Source: Candidatus Curtissbacteria bacterium RIFCSPHIGHO2_12_FULL_41_17 (GTDB taxonomy: Bacteria > Patescibacteriota > Microgenomatia > Curtissbacterales > GWA2-41-24). From it: a DNA stretch of 64,000 bases. Positions 10,074 through 19,403 of the stretch are shown in pieces. The notes beneath the pieces are model-generated. The model was not told the DNA's origin and ran no database searches. It saw nothing but the letters and a program-made list of their open reading frames with translations. The stretch spans positions 2,782 through 66,781 of the forward strand of contig MFBL01000043.1 in assembly GCA_001774945.1 (NCBI GenBank), read 5' to 3'. Positions within the stretch are counted from its first letter, which is position 1. The number at the start of each line of letters is the position of its first letter. The position numbers and the translations under genes are program-made.

Positions 10074-11718
10074 AAGCATTGCACTAATACTTTTAATAAG
10101 TGCCCTTTTTATTATACTCATGCTGCCATTGCAAAACAGCGTCTACAGTGATGATGTAGCTTTTTCTCAAAGTGTAAGACATTTGTTGCAAACTGGAGAA
10201 CTAAAAGTTTCGGAGTATACTGCTGCAAGTTCTATAAGCCATATTTTATGGGGGTCTCTATTCGCAAAGTTATTAGGATTTTCATTTACGTCACTGAATA
10301 TTTCCGTAATAGTACTTTTGCCGATCCTGCTTATTAGCTTTTATAAATTACTAAGGATAATTGGTGTCTCTACAGATAGAGGTTTCATCTTTACACTTTT
10401 TTTCTTTTCAATTCCCTGGATACCGTTTTTAACATACACATTCATGAGCGATATACCATTTTTAACCCTGGAAGTGTTAACAATCTTGTTCTATTTAAAA
10501 TACTCAAAAGATAAAAATGTCAAATACCTAACAGTCAGCCTGGTTTTTGCAAGCATTGCGTTTTTGGCAAGACAACTTAGCTTGGCACTCATCGCAGGTA
10601 TTGTAACTAGCATTTTATTAAACACAAAATTTTCTCTGAAAAGTGTAAAAAAAATGATCTTACCCCTTCTGATTCCACTGGTCACTATAATTTTTTATCA
10701 TATCTGGTTATCGGCGCCCGGCAATAAAACTATGCCTCAATACTTTTATGAAGATCAAATCAACGAAGTTTTAAAAAACTTCGTTCCGCTTACTAACATT
10801 TCTTTAAACATGCGCGTTTTGAACCTTTCTCTTTTTATGCATCGTACCCTTAATTACGCAAGCCAGGCGATGGGCTTACTGTTTCCGCTAATCTTTGTTT
10901 TAATTATTTCAAATATACCAAAAGTAAAGAGATTTATAAAAAGAAATTTTAGAATTATTATTTTTTCAACAACAGTAGCCGGATTGCTATACTTGCTGGA
11001 CGTTATTAATTTTAGAAAGGAATATTATGCCGGATTCCCACTTAACGAATACGAATACGAATCTTTATTCCCGATTCCATGGGCTCACATATGGAAATAT
11101 CTTGTAATCCTATCAATACCTTTTTGGTCTGTACTAATGGCAAAAACCTATACAAACGGATCGCAAAAAATAGACGCGCAAAAAAGATACCTTATAATTA
11201 CTTTTTTAGGTGTTCTCTTTATGACCGTGATTACTTTTCAGTCGTGGGATCGTTATGTACTTCCGTTGCTACCATTTGTGTTTATTTATTTAGCAAGAGT
11301 TACCAAGACATTAAAATTCAACTTATTAATATCAGTTCCAATCGTCGCATTATTTTTGATCGACGCTATTCAAATGACAAAATTAAGATATGATGAGGCC
11401 GGACTGCTTTACAAAATTGGGAATCAACTAGTACAGCAAGGAGCCGAACCTTCGACAATCGACTTAAACAGAGACCAGGGCTGGGATATCTGGTTCTATT
11501 ACGAGAAAGGAGTTCAAGAGCAAATTAAAGAAGCAAACGGAGATAAAACTAAGATAAATTTCCGCGTGTACCCCTTACCCAAAAAGAATATAAAATATGG
11601 CATCTACACGGACAGGATGATTAAATATCAAACCTTGAATATCGACGAAGATAGTTTCTTTATCATTCCTTTTAAAAGTTTGTTCGTCTCTTCAAAATTA
11701 ACATTTGTAAATTACTGA
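10057..11718 (+). CDS. GT-C fold membrane glycosyltransferase, paralogue 3
   Basis: SDDVAF, SDIPFL, AFLARQL, PIPWAHIWKY, QMTKLRY. Confidence 0.8.
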   Translation: MMKDTRSIALILLISALFIILMLPLQNSVYSDDVAFSQSVRHLLQTGELKVSEYTAASSISHILWGSLFAKLLGFSFTSLNISVIVLLPILLISFYKLLRIIGVSTDRGFIFTLFFFSIPWIPFLTYTFMSDIPFLTLEVLTILFYLKYSKDKNVKYLTVSLVFASIAFLARQLSLALIAGIVTSILLNTKFSLKSVKKMILPLLIPLVTIIFYHIWLSAPGNKTMPQYFYEDQINEVLKNFVPLTNISLNMRVLNLSLFMHRTLNYASQAMGLLFPLIFVLIISNIPKVKRFIKRNFRIIIFSTTVAGLLYLLDVINFRKEYYAGFPLNEYEYESLFPIPWAHIWKYLVILSIPFWSVLMAKTYTNGSQKIDAQKRYLIITFLGVLFMTVITFQSWDRYVLPLLPFVFIYLARVTKTLKFNLLISVPIVALFLIDAIQMTKLRYDEAGLLYKIGNQLVQQGAEPSTIDLNRDQGWDIWFYYEKGVQEQIKEANGDKTKINFRVYPLPKKNIKYGIYTDRMIKYQTLNIDEDSFFIIPFKSLFVSSKLTFVNY

Positions 11719-13613
11719 TGAAATTAATCAGAGCCAATTTTCTCATTATTACCATCTTTTTCGGTGTATTAATTACTCTCAGTCTTCCGCATATATTCCG
11801 CTATCTTGCACTCGGTTCAAAATACACGACGCTCATCATAAGCGGGCCATCAGCAACTGCGACAAGCTGGGAAGAAACTTATACTTACGCAACGGAAGCA
11901 AACAGAATTAAAAACAACCAGCCAATCAATGACCCGTATATTTATGAATACAGAAACAAGCCTTCTCCATTAATCTCCGAATTAGTTCCGTCTGTTCTTT
12001 TGGGAGTACCCGCCAAAGTATTATCAACATCTTTAGTTTTTATACTGGCAAAAATCTTCGTTTTACCGCTTACAATTTTCGTATGGTACCTTATAGCCAG
12101 ACAACTTGGCTATTCAAAAAAAGCCAGTATTTGCGCAGCCCTAACAAGTTTTATCTTACAGAAGCTTTTTGTCTACATTCCATATTTTCCTAAAATATTC
12201 TCTTACGAATTTGATGGCTACCTTGAAGCCCAAAGAATTTATTTTCCCCTGATATCCTCGTTTATTACATCAATCACTATCTTATTTATTTTAAAAATTC
12301 TGGATAATAGATTCCCACGGCCTAAAGGCCGTGGTTCTCTAGTCTTCGCTCAAAATTCGCTTCATCTTCGGCAGATACAGTGCCATGCGGTCCTCGTCCT
12401 TCGGACTGCGGGCCTAAAATGCTGGAGTTTTTTCGCTCAGAATAAAAAAATGAAGTATGTACTATTAGCCGGAATATTACCGGGCTTACTTTTTTATACC
12501 TACTTTTTTGCATGGACCTTAATTTGGTCGTCACTAATATTATTTTTAATCAGTTTGAAAATATCCGGCTGGCACATCCAGGCAAAAAAATTACTTGCTG
12601 TTCTGGCAGTTGGATTATTAATCGGCCTTCCTTATTTTCTAAACTTACTGTTCTTTTATCAAAATCCATCGAGAAGCGATTTCATTTTAAGGACCATAAG
12701 TTTCCCAATAATTGATTGGAATATACCGATAATATTCAGGTTTTTGACATTTTTTTGTTTGATTACTTTTTTTGGTAAAAAATGGTTAAAAAGTCCCGAC
12801 AAAAGATTATTAATCTTAATCTACTTAACGGCGGCATTTTTGCCCTTAGTCTCAAAAATAATTTTTCAGGCGGATAACCAAACAGACCATTGGTACGAGC
12901 GTTTCTTATACCCATTATCAACCTTTTTACTTGTTCTTTTTGCGGCCGACATAAAACAACTAGGCCTCAAAATCAAAAATTTTATTTTTCTGGCATTTTT
13001 ACTTTTGGCAATTCTGAAGTTTGATATTAGTATTTACAACGAGATCAAAAGACCATCCGAATATTTCACAATTGGTCTACCCCGACTAGATCTTTATCAT
13101 TGGATGGCCAAAAATCTGCCAAAAAACAGCGTAGTTGGATCACTAAGTTTTAAGGAAGAAATCTATTTGACGGCATACACGCCTCTCTATGCTTATCTGC
13201 CTCAAGCATACAAAACAATAGCGCCGACAAAAGAAATTACGGATAGATATTTATTTCTGGCTCGCCAAATCGGTGTTGGTCCCGAATTTATAAAACAAGT
13301 CTTTATCATGCCCGACCAGTCTTACAGTAACCCTGATTCAATTCAGGCAAAGGACGGTAACGGCTTTATGGTTCTTCTCGGTATCGCCAACCATTTCGAC
13401 AAGTTTCCATACCCGTCTCACTACAAAATACAACAAGATTTAGTCCAGTCGCTCAACAAATCGATAAATCAAATCGGCCGTCTTGATTATTTATTGATAG
13501 GCCCATTAGAAAGAGAAGCATCTCCAGATTTTGCCAAAAACACCAAATGCCAGCTTATATTCCAAAATGTCACATACAAACTCTACCGCTTCCACAATTG
13601 TTCTGTCCGGTAA
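11718..13613 (+). CDS. multi-pass membrane protein, probable GT-C type glycosyltransferase, carrying a 45-aa in-frame insertion
   Basis: TM then acidic WEETYTY loop, DPYIYEY, LLFYTYFFAW; many TM helices; translationally coupled to the upstream gene. Confidence 0.6.
   Translation: MKLIRANFLIITIFFGVLITLSLPHIFRYLALGSKYTTLIISGPSATATSWEETYTYATEANRIKNNQPINDPYIYEYRNKPSPLISELVPSVLLGVPAKVLSTSLVFILAKIFVLPLTIFVWYLIARQLGYSKKASICAALTSFILQKLFVYIPYFPKIFSYEFDGYLEAQRIYFPLISSFITSITILFILKILDNRFPRPKGRGSLVFAQNSLHLRQIQCHAVLVLRTAGLKCWSFFAQNKKMKYVLLAGILPGLLFYTYFFAWTLIWSSLILFLISLKISGWHIQAKKLLAVLAVGLLIGLPYFLNLLFFYQNPSRSDFILRTISFPIIDWNIPIIFRFLTFFCLITFFGKKWLKSPDKRLLILIYLTAAFLPLVSKIIFQADNQTDHWYERFLYPLSTFLLVLFAADIKQLGLKIKNFIFLAFLLLAILKFDISIYNEIKRPSEYFTIGLPRLDLYHWMAKNLPKNSVVGSLSFKEEIYLTAYTPLYAYLPQAYKTIAPTKEITDRYLFLARQIGVGPEFIKQVFIMPDQSYSNPDSIQAKDGNGFMVLLGIANHFDKFPYPSHYKIQQDLVQSLNKSINQIGRLDYLLIGPLEREASPDFAKNTKCQLIFQNVTYKLYRFHNCSVR
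12309..12443. mobile_element. 135-bp palindromic (REP/MITE-like) element inserted in frame in a CDS
   Basis: Perfect hairpin CCACGGCC-TAAA-GGCCGTGG (12315-12334); second imperfect hairpin 12389-12414; internal direct repeat TTCGCTCA(A/G)AAT (12345, 12432); AATA at both ends (12306, 12441); GC-richer than the flanks. Confidence 0.6.
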
Positions 13614-13644
13614 CTCAAAAAATGCGTATCAAACCAAAAATATG

Positions 13645-13675
13645 TGATAAAATTTGCTTCAGCAAACGATATAAT
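13645..13675 (+). promoter_or_regulatory. putative promoter region with TGaTAAAAT (13645-13653) and TATAAT (13670-13675)
   Basis: Two -10-like hexamers in the intergenic gap before the operon starting at 13690. Confidence 0.4.
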
Positions 13676-13689
13676 CATAAGCAAAATTT

Positions 13690-14784
13690 ATGATTCCCGT
13701 TATTGACCTGAAAATTACGGAAAAGCAAAACAGAGCGATAAAAAAACGCGTTTCAAAAGTCATAGATTCCAGGTCTTATATTTTGGGAAAAGAGCTTGAT
13801 GCTTTCGAAAAAGAATTCGCCAAAATCACTAAGGTAAAAAAAGCCATTGGGGTAGGTAATGGTACCGACGCCCTGAGACTTTCTCTTAGAGCTTTGGGTA
13901 TTGGCGCCGGTGACAAGGTTTTAACAGTGTCTCTCACATCGCCTTTTACAGCTATTGCCATAATAGAAGAAGGGGCGGTACCGGTTTTTTGCGATGTGGA
14001 CGAAAATACATGGACAATTGATCCTCGCGACATCATCAAACGGATAGACAAAAAAGTGAAAGCCATCATTCCTGTGCATCTTTATGGCAATCCGTCAGAC
14101 ATGAAATCAATAAATAAAATCGCAAAAAAATTTAATCTAAAAGTCGTAGAAGATGCCTGTCAAGCCCATTTGGCTCAAATAGATAATATTTTAGTTGGAA
14201 ACTGGGGAGATGCAGCAGCCTTTAGTTTTTACCCGACAAAAAATCTCGGCGCGATGGGTGATGCCGGAGCGGTAGTAACCAATAACGGCCAGCTTGCAAA
14301 GCACATTAGAATTTTAAGACATGGCGGTCAAACAAAAAGGTTTTGGCATGCGTACAGTGGGTTCAACAGCAGGCTTGATGAAATTCAAGCGGCAGTTTTA
14401 AGAGTAAAATTGAAATCACTAAAAAAACACAACACCAGCAGGTCAAAAATTGCTCGCACATACAAACAAGAATTAGCGAATCTCCCGATTTCATTTCAGC
14501 AAGCAGTTATTGGCGGAAAATCGGCAAACCACTTATTCGTGATAAGAGTAAAGCAGCGCGATAAGTTACATAAATATTTGCTCCAAAACGGGGTCGCAAG
14601 CGACATATATTACCCTTACCCGGTCCACGTCCAACCGGCATTTAAGAAGTTTTCGTCAGGCAGTCTGCCAATCACCGAAAAACTTACAAAAGAGTTGCTC
14701 GCTCTGCCATTTTATCCGAATCTCTCTGCGCCGGACCAGAAAAGGGTAATTCGAGCGATAAAAAGTTTCTTTAAAAATAACTAG
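13690..14784 (+). CDS. DegT family aminotransferase (WbpE/FdtB-like, probable 3-aminotransferase)
   Basis: GNGTDAL, EDACQAH, FSFYPTKNLGAMGDAG, NSRLDEIQAA. Confidence 0.93.
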   Translation: MIPVIDLKITEKQNRAIKKRVSKVIDSRSYILGKELDAFEKEFAKITKVKKAIGVGNGTDALRLSLRALGIGAGDKVLTVSLTSPFTAIAIIEEGAVPVFCDVDENTWTIDPRDIIKRIDKKVKAIIPVHLYGNPSDMKSINKIAKKFNLKVVEDACQAHLAQIDNILVGNWGDAAAFSFYPTKNLGAMGDAGAVVTNNGQLAKHIRILRHGGQTKRFWHAYSGFNSRLDEIQAAVLRVKLKSLKKHNTSRSKIARTYKQELANLPISFQQAVIGGKSANHLFVIRVKQRDKLHKYLLQNGVASDIYYPYPVHVQPAFKKFSSGSLPITEKLTKELLALPFYPNLSAPDQKRVIRAIKSFFKNN

Positions 14785-14810
14785 ATTCTCTGTGAATGAA
14801 GTATATTCTG

Positions 14811-14819
14811 TGCTAGAAT
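14811..14819 (+). promoter_or_regulatory. putative extended -10 (TGcTAGAAT)
   Basis: TGnTAGAAT 12 nt upstream of the ATG at 14832. Confidence 0.4.
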
Positions 14820-14831
14820 TAGCTTCAACTC

Positions 14832-15809
14832 ATGCGTGTAAAACAAAAAATAATTGGAGTCACCGGTGCAGCCGGTTTCATTGGTAGTCATTTATGCGAG
14901 AAATTATTAAATAATGGTTACAAAGTAATAGCTGTCGACAATTTGTCAAAAGGCAGTAAAAATAACATACGAGATTCCCTGAAAAACAAGAGTTTTAATT
15001 TTTTTAAGGCTGACATAAGCAATCCAAAAACAGCAAGGAAGTCATTTGCCAACGTAGACGGTGTTGTCCATCTAGCTGCCTCTAAAATCCCAAGGTACGG
15101 AGGAAGGCTGGAAACTTTACTTGTAAACACCGAGGGAACAAAAAATATCTTAGAGGCGATAAAAAATAAGAAATCAAAGTTCATCTTTGCTTCGACGCCA
15201 GATGTCTACGGCAAAAACCCCAAAATACCATTTTCGGAAGACAGTGATCTTACTGTCGGTTCACCGGAGGTGGCAAGATGGGCCTATGCGGCTTCTAAAA
15301 TTTTTGACGAGCATCTTTGTTTTGGGTATTGGGAAGAATATAAAGTTCCTTTTGTCATTCTACGTCTATTTGGAGTTTATGGTCCGCGTCAGCACAGAAG
15401 CTGGTGGGGAGGGCCGCAAGCGCTTTTTATAGACAAGATCATAGCCGGAAAAGAAATTGAGATCCATGGTGATGGTCACCAGACAAGAACTTTTATTTAT
15501 ATCGATGATGTTGTTGAAGCACTCATTAAATCTATATCGTCCGAAAAAGCGAATAACCAAATAATTAACATCGGTACAACGCATGAAATTTCCATTATCG
15601 AACTTGGAAAATTAATTTCTAAACTTCTCCAAAAACCGCTCAAGATTAAAAAAGTACCGTATCGGTCTTTTACAGGCAAGAAATATGAAGATGTGAGAAG
15701 AAGGACTCCGACAATTAAAAAAGCTAAAGAGTTATTAAATTGGGAGCCAAAAGTCTCATTGGCTGAAGGACTTAAAGAAACAATAAGTTGGCACTTAAAA
15801 ACTAAATGA
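14832..15809 (+). CDS. NAD-dependent epimerase/dehydratase (UDP-GlcA decarboxylase/ArnA-like SDR)
   Basis: VTGAAGFIGSH, RWAYAASK, RLFGVYGPRQ, GDGHQTRTF. Confidence 0.9.
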   Translation: MRVKQKIIGVTGAAGFIGSHLCEKLLNNGYKVIAVDNLSKGSKNNIRDSLKNKSFNFFKADISNPKTARKSFANVDGVVHLAASKIPRYGGRLETLLVNTEGTKNILEAIKNKKSKFIFASTPDVYGKNPKIPFSEDSDLTVGSPEVARWAYAASKIFDEHLCFGYWEEYKVPFVILRLFGVYGPRQHRSWWGGPQALFIDKIIAGKEIEIHGDGHQTRTFIYIDDVVEALIKSISSEKANNQIINIGTTHEISIIELGKLISKLLQKPLKIKKVPYRSFTGKKYEDVRRRTPTIKKAKELLNWEPKVSLAEGLKETISWHLKTK

Positions 15810-16537
15810 TTTACTTTCTAATTCCCTCTTTTAACGACTGTGAAAACTTTGCCGATTTGCTTAAAAATATTGCAAAGACCATAAAGCGCCAGAGATATAA
15901 AGTAACTATTGTCAACGACGGCTCTACAGATAAAACAAAGCAGGTTATAAAGGAGCTTTCAAAGAAATATCCGGTCACAATGATTGGCTATGATAAAAAC
16001 AGAGGACCGGGATACGCTTTTAAATTTGGTTTTAATTATTTAATCCCAAGACTCAAAGCCGATGATTTAGTAATAACTATGGAGGCGGACAACACTGCAG
16101 ATTATTTTATTCTTAAAAGAATGATTCAAGAATCCAATAACTTCGATGTGATACTAGCATCACCATATTCCGGGGCAGGGGCTTTTTTAGGCATAAATTT
16201 ACAAAGAAAAATTTTAGGACACGTTGCCAGTATTTTAGATCGCTTTATCTTTAGATTAAAAAACATTAAAACGTACTCGTCATTTTATAGAATTTACAGG
16301 GTAGCGATTCTTAAAAAGGCGAAAAAAGTATATGGTGATAAATTCATTACCGAAGATGGCTTTTCGTCTGTTATAGAGATTTTGATCAAGCTTGCAAAAG
16401 TTGACGCAAAATTTACCGAAGTTCCAGCAGTCGTTGACTGGAGGAGTCGGAAGGGTAAAAGCAAAATGAAAATTACAAAAACAATAACTCGCCATCTAAG
16501 ATTATACCAAGAATATCTTCAAGGAAAATATAACTAA
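15806..16537 (+). CDS. GT2 glycosyltransferase, polyprenol-phosphate (DPM synthase-like) type
   Basis: LIPSFND, VNDGSTD, NRGPGYA, MEAD, R..GKSKM. Confidence 0.88.
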   Translation: MIYFLIPSFNDCENFADLLKNIAKTIKRQRYKVTIVNDGSTDKTKQVIKELSKKYPVTMIGYDKNRGPGYAFKFGFNYLIPRLKADDLVITMEADNTADYFILKRMIQESNNFDVILASPYSGAGAFLGINLQRKILGHVASILDRFIFRLKNIKTYSSFYRIYRVAILKKAKKVYGDKFITEDGFSSVIEILIKLAKVDAKFTEVPAVVDWRSRKGKSKMKITKTITRHLRLYQEYLQGKYN

Positions 16538-17589
16538 TGAAAACGAAAATAGTTTCAATAGTTGGTGCGAGACCGAATCTTATTAAATTGGCAGCTTTAC
16601 ATCCTAGACTTCGCAAAGATTTCAACCATATCATAATCCATACAGGACAGCATTATGATTTAGAGCTTTCAAAACATTTTTTCGATGAGCTGGATATTCC
16701 AGAGCCCAACTATAATCTACATGTCGGCTCAGCGACTCATGGAATCCAAACAGCTAGAATCCTTTCTGGATGCGAAAGGATTCTACTGACTGAAAAGCCC
16801 TTTACTGTCTTGGTCTATGGGGATACAAATTCGACATTGGGAGGGGCTCTAGCTGCTGCAAAATTGCGTATCCCGACTGTGCACATTGAATCCGGGATGA
16901 GAAGTTACGATCGGTCAATGCCCGAAGAGATAAATAGAGTAATTACGGATCATATTTCATCATTATTATTGTGTCCTTCTGCTTCTGCTGCCAAATTTCT
17001 TAAAAAAGAAGGAATTACCAAAAACGTATTTTTTACTGGCGACGTTATGTACGATATTTTTTTAAAAATTAAGCCCAACCATCTGGTTTTGAAAAGATTT
17101 AATTTGAAGCCCAAAAGTTACTATTTTGCAACTGTCCATCGCCAAGAAAATACAGACAACCTTCAACGTCTTCGTCAAATATTTAATATTTTTGAAGCTT
17201 TAGATAGACCAGTTATTTTGCCAATCCATCCCAGAACTAGGAAAGCTCTTTCTCGAATTAAAATAAGTCTAAAAAATACTAAACTTGTAGAACCTGTCAA
17301 ATTTTCCGATAATATTGCCCTTGAACAGAATTCTTCGGTGATATTGACAGATTCTGGCGGCATTCAAAAAGAAGCCTATTGGTTAAGAATTCCCTGTCTG
17401 ACTCTACGAAATACTTCGGAATGGCTCGAAACAGTTAAAAGCGGGTGGAATCATATTACGGATTTAGATAGTGAACTTATCTTAAAATATACGACACAAA
17501 GGGTTAAACAATCTAAAACACACCCCCAATATTATGGAAAGGGCGATTCTGCTAAAAAGATAATCGATGTCATCAAGAAATGGCTATGA
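16537..17589 (+). CDS. wecB: non-hydrolysing UDP-N-acetylglucosamine 2-epimerase (WecB/WbpI-like)
   Basis: VGARPN, HTGQHYD, VYGDTNST, HIESGMRS, MPEEINR, TDSGGIQKEA. Confidence 0.93.
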   Translation: MKTKIVSIVGARPNLIKLAALHPRLRKDFNHIIIHTGQHYDLELSKHFFDELDIPEPNYNLHVGSATHGIQTARILSGCERILLTEKPFTVLVYGDTNSTLGGALAAAKLRIPTVHIESGMRSYDRSMPEEINRVITDHISSLLLCPSASAAKFLKKEGITKNVFFTGDVMYDIFLKIKPNHLVLKRFNLKPKSYYFATVHRQENTDNLQRLRQIFNIFEALDRPVILPIHPRTRKALSRIKISLKNTKLVEPVKFSDNIALEQNSSVILTDSGGIQKEAYWLRIPCLTLRNTSEWLETVKSGWNHITDLDSELILKYTTQRVKQSKTHPQYYGKGDSAKKIIDVIKKWL

Positions 17590-19403
17590 TAATTTGCGAT
17601 TTTGATGGTACAATTATTGACCCGTCGGAGAGACTTTACAAGGTTTATTCAAATTGCTGTTCTCTTCTTAAAATTAAACCATTATCTCAAAAAAGATTTA
17701 TAAATCTTAAAAGGTCAGGAAAGTCCGAAGTTGAGTTCATTAGTCCAGTAAAAGCTAGGGAAAAATACAGAAAAATTTTCAAGGAAAAAATAGAAGAAAA
17801 AAAATATTTAAGGTTGGACAGAATTTATCAATATGCAAAAGATTTCCTTGAGGATAATTATAAAAAAAATGAAATATTTTTAATGACTAATCGGCAAAAT
17901 AGAAAAAATCTGTTTTGGCAACTAGATTATTTGGAAATTAGAAAGTTCTTTCAAAAAATTATTCTTGCAAAAGAAGCAAACAAAAGTCTTCAATTTCTTA
18001 AATCACGGCATTTATACTTTATTGGTGACACAGAATTGGATATTAAGTTAGGGAGGAAATTATCTGCTTTCACAATTGCTGTAGACTATGGATTAAGAAC
18101 AAGGCGTTATTTGAAAAATTTTAAACCAGATAAAATTGTTTCCTTCCTCAAAGATATTAAATTTCCTACAGAAGACGTATTCATTCTTAAGACTTTGAAT
18201 AAAGGTCTTCAGCAGGTTAGAGATAGGACGGTTTTCATAGATTTGAGTAAAGAGCCTAGCCTATATGATTTGTTTAGAGTATTAAGAAAACAGCCTAAGA
18301 TGGTATTGATTAACGGGAAAGGATTTGTTGATCATTATGCCGTATTAGCGTCAGAGTTTGGGATTCCGCTAATTCCCGTACTTAAAAAAGATTCGCAAAG
18401 CGTCTTAAAGGTTTCCTCCCATACTATTCCAATTAAAAATAGTCATGTTATGGATCAAGACTCACAAGGCCAGCTTAAAACTGCTTCTAAATTAAAAATA
18501 AACCTTGGCAATAGCGAAATTCTTAAAAAATACCCTGAATTAGTTGAACTTAGCGACGGCATTGGTTTTTTGAGGACAGAATTTATACTTCTTTCTGTTC
18601 TAGAGGGTTTACATCCACAGTACTTTATCGATAAATTCGGGAAAAAGACATTGATAAAAAAATTCACAGTTGAAATGCTAAAGATAGTTTCAAAGTTCGA
18701 CAAAAAAAATAAACCGGTTTGGATACGTACGAATGATTTTTCAACAGATGAACTAAGACTGTTTAAATACGGAAATAGGTTCGAGAAAACGGAGCCTAAC
18801 CCCGCTCTTGGTTTCAGAGGAATAAGAAGAACTCTTGATGAGAAATTCTTATTAGAGGTAGAACTATCCGTATTCGATAATCTAATTAAAAATGGTATTA
18901 AAAATCTTGGCGTTTTTCCACCAATGGTTAGGTTCCCTGATGAATTCATTTCATTTGAAAAGATCATAAAAGAAAGATTTAAACATAAACTAAAGATAGG
19001 GTTGATGGTTGAAACGCCAGCTATTGCTCTGGCCTTTCACAACATAGTTAAAAAACTTGACTTTATGATATTTGGGTCCAATGATTTAACTCAATTCACT
19101 TTAGCTCTTGATAGGCAAAACCCGAATCTGGCGAAGTATTTCGATGGGAGAAATGAGTCGGTTATGTTCCTTTTCAATATCGTGATCGATTTGTGCAACA
19201 AGTTTAATGTCGAATCTTTCATTGGTGGTCAAGCTGCGAATGATTGGGAAACGGCCAAATTACTATTAAAACTTGGCATTTCCGGACTTTCTGTTTCACC
19301 TGACCCTTCTAGCTTTTCTAGAATGAGGGGCCTGATCTATAAATGGGAAAATAAACATAGTTTTTCTGTGAGTAAGCCAAGCTTTTCTGTGAATAAAAAA
19401 TGA
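17580..19403 (+). CDS. fusion of a HAD-family phosphatase, a phospho-His (swivel) segment and a PEP/pyruvate-binding TIM barrel of the PEP-utilising enzyme family
   Basis: HAD motifs DFDGT, TNR and IGDTELDI; GKGFVDHYAVLASEFGIP resembles GGxTSHAAIVARELGIP; DGIGFLRTEF, EPNPALGFRGIRR, GLMVETPA, FGSNDLTQFTLALDR. Confidence 0.85.
   Translation: MAMIICDFDGTIIDPSERLYKVYSNCCSLLKIKPLSQKRFINLKRSGKSEVEFISPVKAREKYRKIFKEKIEEKKYLRLDRIYQYAKDFLEDNYKKNEIFLMTNRQNRKNLFWQLDYLEIRKFFQKIILAKEANKSLQFLKSRHLYFIGDTELDIKLGRKLSAFTIAVDYGLRTRRYLKNFKPDKIVSFLKDIKFPTEDVFILKTLNKGLQQVRDRTVFIDLSKEPSLYDLFRVLRKQPKMVLINGKGFVDHYAVLASEFGIPLIPVLKKDSQSVLKVSSHTIPIKNSHVMDQDSQGQLKTASKLKINLGNSEILKKYPELVELSDGIGFLRTEFILLSVLEGLHPQYFIDKFGKKTLIKKFTVEMLKIVSKFDKKNKPVWIRTNDFSTDELRLFKYGNRFEKTEPNPALGFRGIRRTLDEKFLLEVELSVFDNLIKNGIKNLGVFPPMVRFPDEFISFEKIIKERFKHKLKIGLMVETPAIALAFHNIVKKLDFMIFGSNDLTQFTLALDRQNPNLAKYFDGRNESVMFLFNIVIDLCNKFNVESFIGGQAANDWETAKLLLKLGISGLSVSPDPSSFSRMRGLIYKWENKHSFSVSKPSFSVNKK

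Noticed and set aside
12309-12443. Insertion as an intein or self-splicing intron
   Set aside because: Far too short, lacks a Cys/Ser start and His-Asn plus nucleophile junction, and shows no group I/II core; kept only as a palindromic insertion.
17580-19403. Ordinary PEP synthase (ppsA) or PTS enzyme I (ptsI)
   Set aside because: No N-terminal nucleotide-binding or HPr-binding domain; a HAD domain is there instead and the CG(E/Q) Cys is missing.
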